Source of the DNA: Octopus bimaculoides
Lineage: Eukaryota
Length of the DNA: 37,343 bases
Direction of reading: 5' to 3'
Assembly: GCF_001194135.2 (NCBI RefSeq)
Contig: NC_068999.1
Span: 49,114,076 to 49,151,418 of the forward strand
Positions 33,075 to 37,343 of this stretch are shown one piece after another. The notes beneath the pieces are model-generated. The model searched no databases. It saw only the letters and a program-made list of their open reading frames with translations, and had not been told where the DNA came from. The translations under genes were made by a program, and so were the position numbers. Within the stretch, counting starts at the first letter, position 1, and each line of letters opens with the position of its first letter.

Positions 33075-33260
33075 TAGCAAAATATTTAACATGTCGGACA
33101 ATATGCTTAGCAGCATTACTTTCTGGGTTCAAATTCTGCTGAGGTCAACTTTACCTTTCATCTGTTTAGGATCAATAAAATAAATACCAGTTATGCACTG
33201 GGCTCAATGTAATCAACTTAGCCACTCTCCCTAAAATTTCTAGCTTTGTGTCAAAATTTG
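33075..33260 (+). mobile_element. SINE family A variant, diverged
   Basis: Match to 18001-18200. A further head fragment lies at about 32658-32757. Confidence 0.7.
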
Positions 33261-33425
33261 AAATTATTATTATTTTTTGGAAAAAAGATGTTTTGCAGTA
33301 TTCCTTCTAGCTCTTAATATTCTGAGTTCAAATCCTACTTAGATCTAACCTACTAAATACTTTCTAAACTTTCCATAATTTACTCCTATCGCACCCTTGC
33401 CATCATGCAAAGGGAGCCCTTTTAC

Positions 33426-33510
33426 CAGTGGTTCTCAACTGGGGTCTGTATGACCCCTGAGGGTCCATATAAGACTTTTGGAGGTCCACATAATAAAATA
33501 GTAAATAGGT
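33426..33510 (+). mobile_element. hAT MITE 5' fragment
   Basis: CAGTGGTTCTCAACTGGGGT, similar to the start of 32098. The second TIR was not found. Confidence 0.5.
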
Positions 33511-33732
33511 GCTACCTTGTCTATGAATTGAACCCAAATGTTATCAAAATCAGTCAGCCCAACAACAACAACAAAAACGATTTATATAGTTTCTTCTTCT
33601 TCTCCTTCTTGAATACTTTCAACAGTTTTGTATAAGATGCTTGTAAAAGTACAATTTTTCTGAATAAAAGAAATTATTTTCTTTTTTTTTTTTTCCCCTT
33701 TTCTTTTCTCTTTCTCCTTACCTGTCATGAAG

Positions 33733-33997
33733 GGATGGAGCCAGGTGACAATACTCTTAATATGTTGGTCGCTCTGAAAATCCTTCAGACCATGCAAGAA
33801 ACTGACCCATGGGCACTAAAGTCCGACCAAGAAGTCATGGCCAGTGTACTGGAGTCCTATGTCCATTTCATGACCACACCCGACACTCACAATGACACTT
33901 ATGCAGAATCTTTCCATCGGCTGTTCTTCAAAGACTGGAATGCCGTTCCTGACCCTCCATTAAGGGGACAAGACATTTTTGATTTTGCTAAAAGAAG
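33733..33997 (+). CDS. ARH-family protein, exon 4
   Basis: (G)MEPGDNTLNMLVALKIL...YVHFMTTPDTHNDTYAESFHRLFFKDW...FAKR(R). Acceptor aag ends at 33732; donor GTAAAA at 33998. Confidence 0.9.
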
Positions 33998-34022
33998 GTA
34001 AAAGAATATATATATATTTCTA

Positions 34023-34065
<43 letters not shown>

Positions 34066-34380
34066 TCAAGATTAATGTAATATAAAGCTGAAAAAAAAAA
34101 TTAACACCAAATATACAGTGCGTGTGTTTTTATTGGCTAAACTGGCAATATGACCATCCCCAAGTACAACAACATCTGTTTCAACACACGATTTCACATA
34201 AAAAATCTTGCAAAACAAATATGTAAACGGAATATATCATCATCATTATCATTTAACATCCGTCTTCCATGCTTGCATAGATTGTATAATTTTACAGGAG
34301 CTGGTAAGCCTGGGGATAGCACCAGGCTCCACCATAGATGGATTGATAGATAGATAACAAAATGCATAAATCTATTTCAG

Positions 34381-34695
34381 GTCGCGGCAAATGTTATCTC
34401 AACCACCTGATAGCCAACTGTCGGGCATTGGAGCTTTGGTATTGGTTTTGCCTTGGGTTCTACGCAATGCTGGCAAAACTGAAGATGAGTGTGCGCAGAC
34501 AGCAGTTGAATTCATCAAGCTAACGCACCCAGTTCAATCCCTGATACCCTTCGTTGACATCTACTCCAGACTGTTTCACGCCACCTTGAATGGGTTTGAT
34601 TTGGGATCTGAAGTAAGAAAAATACTGGCACATGCTTCTTTGGGAGGCCATGACAACAGACACATGATGTTACATTTAGCAGATCAAGTAAGCAG
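34381..34695 (+). CDS. ARH-family protein, exon 5
   Basis: SRQMLSQPPDSQLSGIGALVLVLPWV...AVEFIKLTHP...LADQVS(S). The 'LTHP' motif is typical of ARH folds. tttcag acceptor; AG|GTAAGA donor at 34696. Confidence 0.9.
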
Positions 34696-35209
34696 GTAAG
34701 ACCCATGCCCGTCGCTAAGGGTGTGCACTGGACGGCACTGCCCCTTCGCTATTCAATGGTGCTCCCTCATATTTACAGTGATACACTTATTTTGAAACTC
34801 CACTTTAGCATTATTACAAATTAGTGACATGATTTCTACGGCTGGATGCCCTTCCGAATGCAAACCACTTTACAGAGCATGCTGGTTACTTTTTTCATGG
34901 CACCAGCACTGGTGAGGTTACCAAGTAACCCACAAGACAGAACCCTACAACTGAGTAGTGGGGTGTAGTATTGAGGGAGGTGGTTTTATGTTGGGTGATG
35001 AGAGGGTTAAAATATGAAAAAGGGACTGGAATTGGTGCCTTCAGCCTTTTGAGTCTGACGAGATGCCTATACTGCTAAGCACTTTATAGGTCCAAGACCA
35101 ATGGTCACTCTATGACCAGCCATAACTTTTAACTTCCTAAAAAAAATATATATTACTGCCCTAATGTTTTAGAGTGTGTTTTTTTTTGGATATATGAACT
35201 ACTGGTGAT

Positions 35210-35291
<82 letters not shown>

Positions 35292-35707
35292 GAGTCGCCC
35301 ATAATGCAATGCACTTTATAGGTGTGAAACCAATGGTCACTCTGTAACCAGTCATAACTTTTTACTTTCTAAAATTATATTATTGCTCTAACACTTTCAA
35401 ATGTACTTCAGTTTCACATATATGAACTACTGACGATGTGTGTGTGTGTGTGTGTGTAAATGCTTATATGTATGTATGTGTAATGCATGTGTATAAATGT
35501 GTATGTATTCATGTATATATATATATATATATATATACACATAAATACAATGAGTTTTCGGAGCATGGAAAGTGGATGTTAAACGATGACAATATATACA
35601 TACATGAGCAATCTAATTTCTTAGCACTAATCTGGACTGGGTTATGTTGAAATCTTAATGTTTCAAATAGAAATATATCTCTTCTTATTGTTTCATTTAT
35701 TACCCAG

Positions 35708-35859
35708 CTCTGAAAACTCGTTAAAAGGTCACCAAAGAAACACCAGTTTACTTGGATTGGCATGCTACATTGAATCTTCCATGAAAACCCTACTCTACCT
35801 GATGCTGTGTTTTGCTGAAGACTTTAACAGCGGTACATATGTCAACACCAATAGTGGAG
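35708..35859 (+). CDS. ARH-family protein, exon 6
   Basis: SENSLKGHQRNTSLLGLACYIESSMKTLLYLMLCFAEDFNSGTYVNTNSG(G). cccag acceptor; GTGTGT donor at 35860. Confidence 0.88.
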
Positions 35860-35927
35860 GTGTGTAACCATTGCTGCTTTATATATATTTTAAAATGTAT
35901 AACAGTAGCAATACATCTTTTGGGGTT

Positions 35928-35959
<32 letters not shown>

Positions 35960-35960
<1 letters not shown>

Positions 35961-36345
35961 TCTTTTACTTGTTTCAGTCATTGCACTGCAGAGCCATGCT
36001 GGGGCACCATCTCAAAGGGTTTTTCTTATATTTATAGGTTTTATTTAGCATTTATGTTTTTTTTTTTTTTTTAAGTCTGGTATTTATTCTGTCAGTCTCT
36101 TTTGCTGAACTGCTAAGTTACAGAGATGTAAGCAAACCAATACTTGTGGTCAAGTGGTGGGTGGGTGACAAGCACACACGCACACACACAGATATACACA
36201 CTCGACAGGCTTCCATGCAGTTTCCATCTTCCAAATTCACTCACAAGGCATTAGTTGACCCAAGGATACAGTAGAAGACATTTGTGCAAGGTGTCACACA
36301 TCAGGGACTGAACCTGAAATCACATGGTTGCAAAGCAAGCTCCTT
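35960..36345 (-). mobile_element. SINE family B, diverged
   Basis: Reverse-complement match to 11917-12255. Confidence 0.75.
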
Positions 36346-36384
36346 AAATTTATGTTTTATATGCCACCAGCACAGGTGCACTTG

Positions 36385-37040
36385 GTTTCACAGGTCCCCT
36401 TAAGCAGAGCACATCGCCAAAGGACTTGGTCACTAGTCATTGCCTCTGTGAGGTTCAAAGTTAGAAGGTCATGCTTCACTGCCTCATCCCATGTCTTCCT
36501 GGCTCTACCTCTACCACAGGTTCCATTCACAGTTAGAGATCGGCATTTCTTTACCCAACTGTCCTTGTCCATATGCATCACATGACCATACCAGCTCAGT
36601 CATCTTTCTTGCACATCCAGCAAAGCATACTAACTTCATTTCTCTCAAGCCTATGCATGTCCTTGGCTGTCATAGCTATGTTTCACTGCCATGCAGTGTA
36701 GCTGTTTGCACGCAGGCATCAAACAGTCTGCCTTTCACTCTGAGAGAAAGGTCCTTTGTTGCCAGCAGGGGTAGGAGCTTTCTTAACTTTGCTCAGCCTA
36801 ACCTTATTCTCACAGCTACACTCTCGGAACAACCACCTCCACCTGGTCACCTAAATACCAGAAGCTGTTAACTATCTCTAGCTTGCTCTCCTGGCAATTG
36901 ATGGAGTCTATTTTCCATGCATGTTCAGCATTTATCACTAGGGCTACATCTGTTTCCAAGCAAGGTAATTTTCCCCCATAGCCAGTCCATATTTTTACGG
37001 AAGATTGGAAACGAAGAACCCCCACTTGAGTGATGGTGAT
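36385..37040 (-). mobile_element. RTE-type LINE, degraded RT C-terminal fragment
   Basis: Minus frames read LEIVNSFWYLGDQ and MDKDSWVKKCRSLTVNGTCGRGRARKTWDEAVKHDLLTLNL...DQVLWR. Confidence 0.85.
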
Positions 37041-37239
37041 GCTCTTTTACGACTATCACATGATGTCAGGCAAAGGAGACAGTAAAACACACAGGCACAT
37101 ATACACACAAACATATGTACACGCACAAACACACACACACATACACGCATATATATAAACACGTTGTAAAAAAACTAAATTATATAAATGCTTTTTGTTT
37201 CTTTTTCAAATCTTAAATTTTTATCCTCTTTGATTGCAG

Positions 37240-37343
37240 GTGAGAACTGTCATCGTGGTGCAGCATTAGGAGCTGTTTTAGGTGCAGCTTCGGCGCAGGG
37301 AAAAAGTGAGAAGATCAAAAACGTCTGGAAAAGTGGCTTGACG
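37240..37343 (+). CDS. ARH-family protein, exon 7 (runs off the window end)
   Basis: (G)ENCHRGAALGAVLGAASAQGKSEKIKNVWKSGLT corresponds to the C-terminal GGDxD...GAxxGA motif. Acceptor ttgcag ends at 37239. Confidence 0.92.

Noticed and set aside
34704-34835. Small TIR element immediately after the exon 5 donor (catgcccgtcgcta...tagtgacatg)
   Set aside because: The inverted match is weak and no TSD was found.

Overview
AT-rich, microsatellite- and SINE-dense animal genomic DNA with several N gaps. The repeat landscape suggests a coleoid cephalopod, probably Octopus; this is an inference and no database was consulted. Two spliced genes lie on the + strand. (1) CWC15 spliceosome factor: five coding exons are visible from 10534 to 17034, and one internal exon is missing, probably inside the 14361-14962 gap. 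(2) A 7-exon ADP-ribosylglycohydrolase (ARH/DraG/crystallin-J1 fold) gene from about 29718 to beyond 37343, reconstructed by hand as 459 uninterrupted codons. Its canonical metal ligands are altered and it has a possible mitochondrial presequence. The rest is tRNA-derived SINEs, RTE and CR1/L2-type LINE ends, hAT MITEs, Helentron/DINE-like elements, a deleted mariner-like transposase and simple repeats. The most notable findings are the divergent ARH active site and N-terminus, a degenerate Penelope-type minimal hammerhead ribozyme in a CWC15 intron, several SINE-derived fold-back hairpins and an RFX X-box/ETS candidate promoter. There is no CRISPR array and no real tRNA or rRNA gene that I can support.
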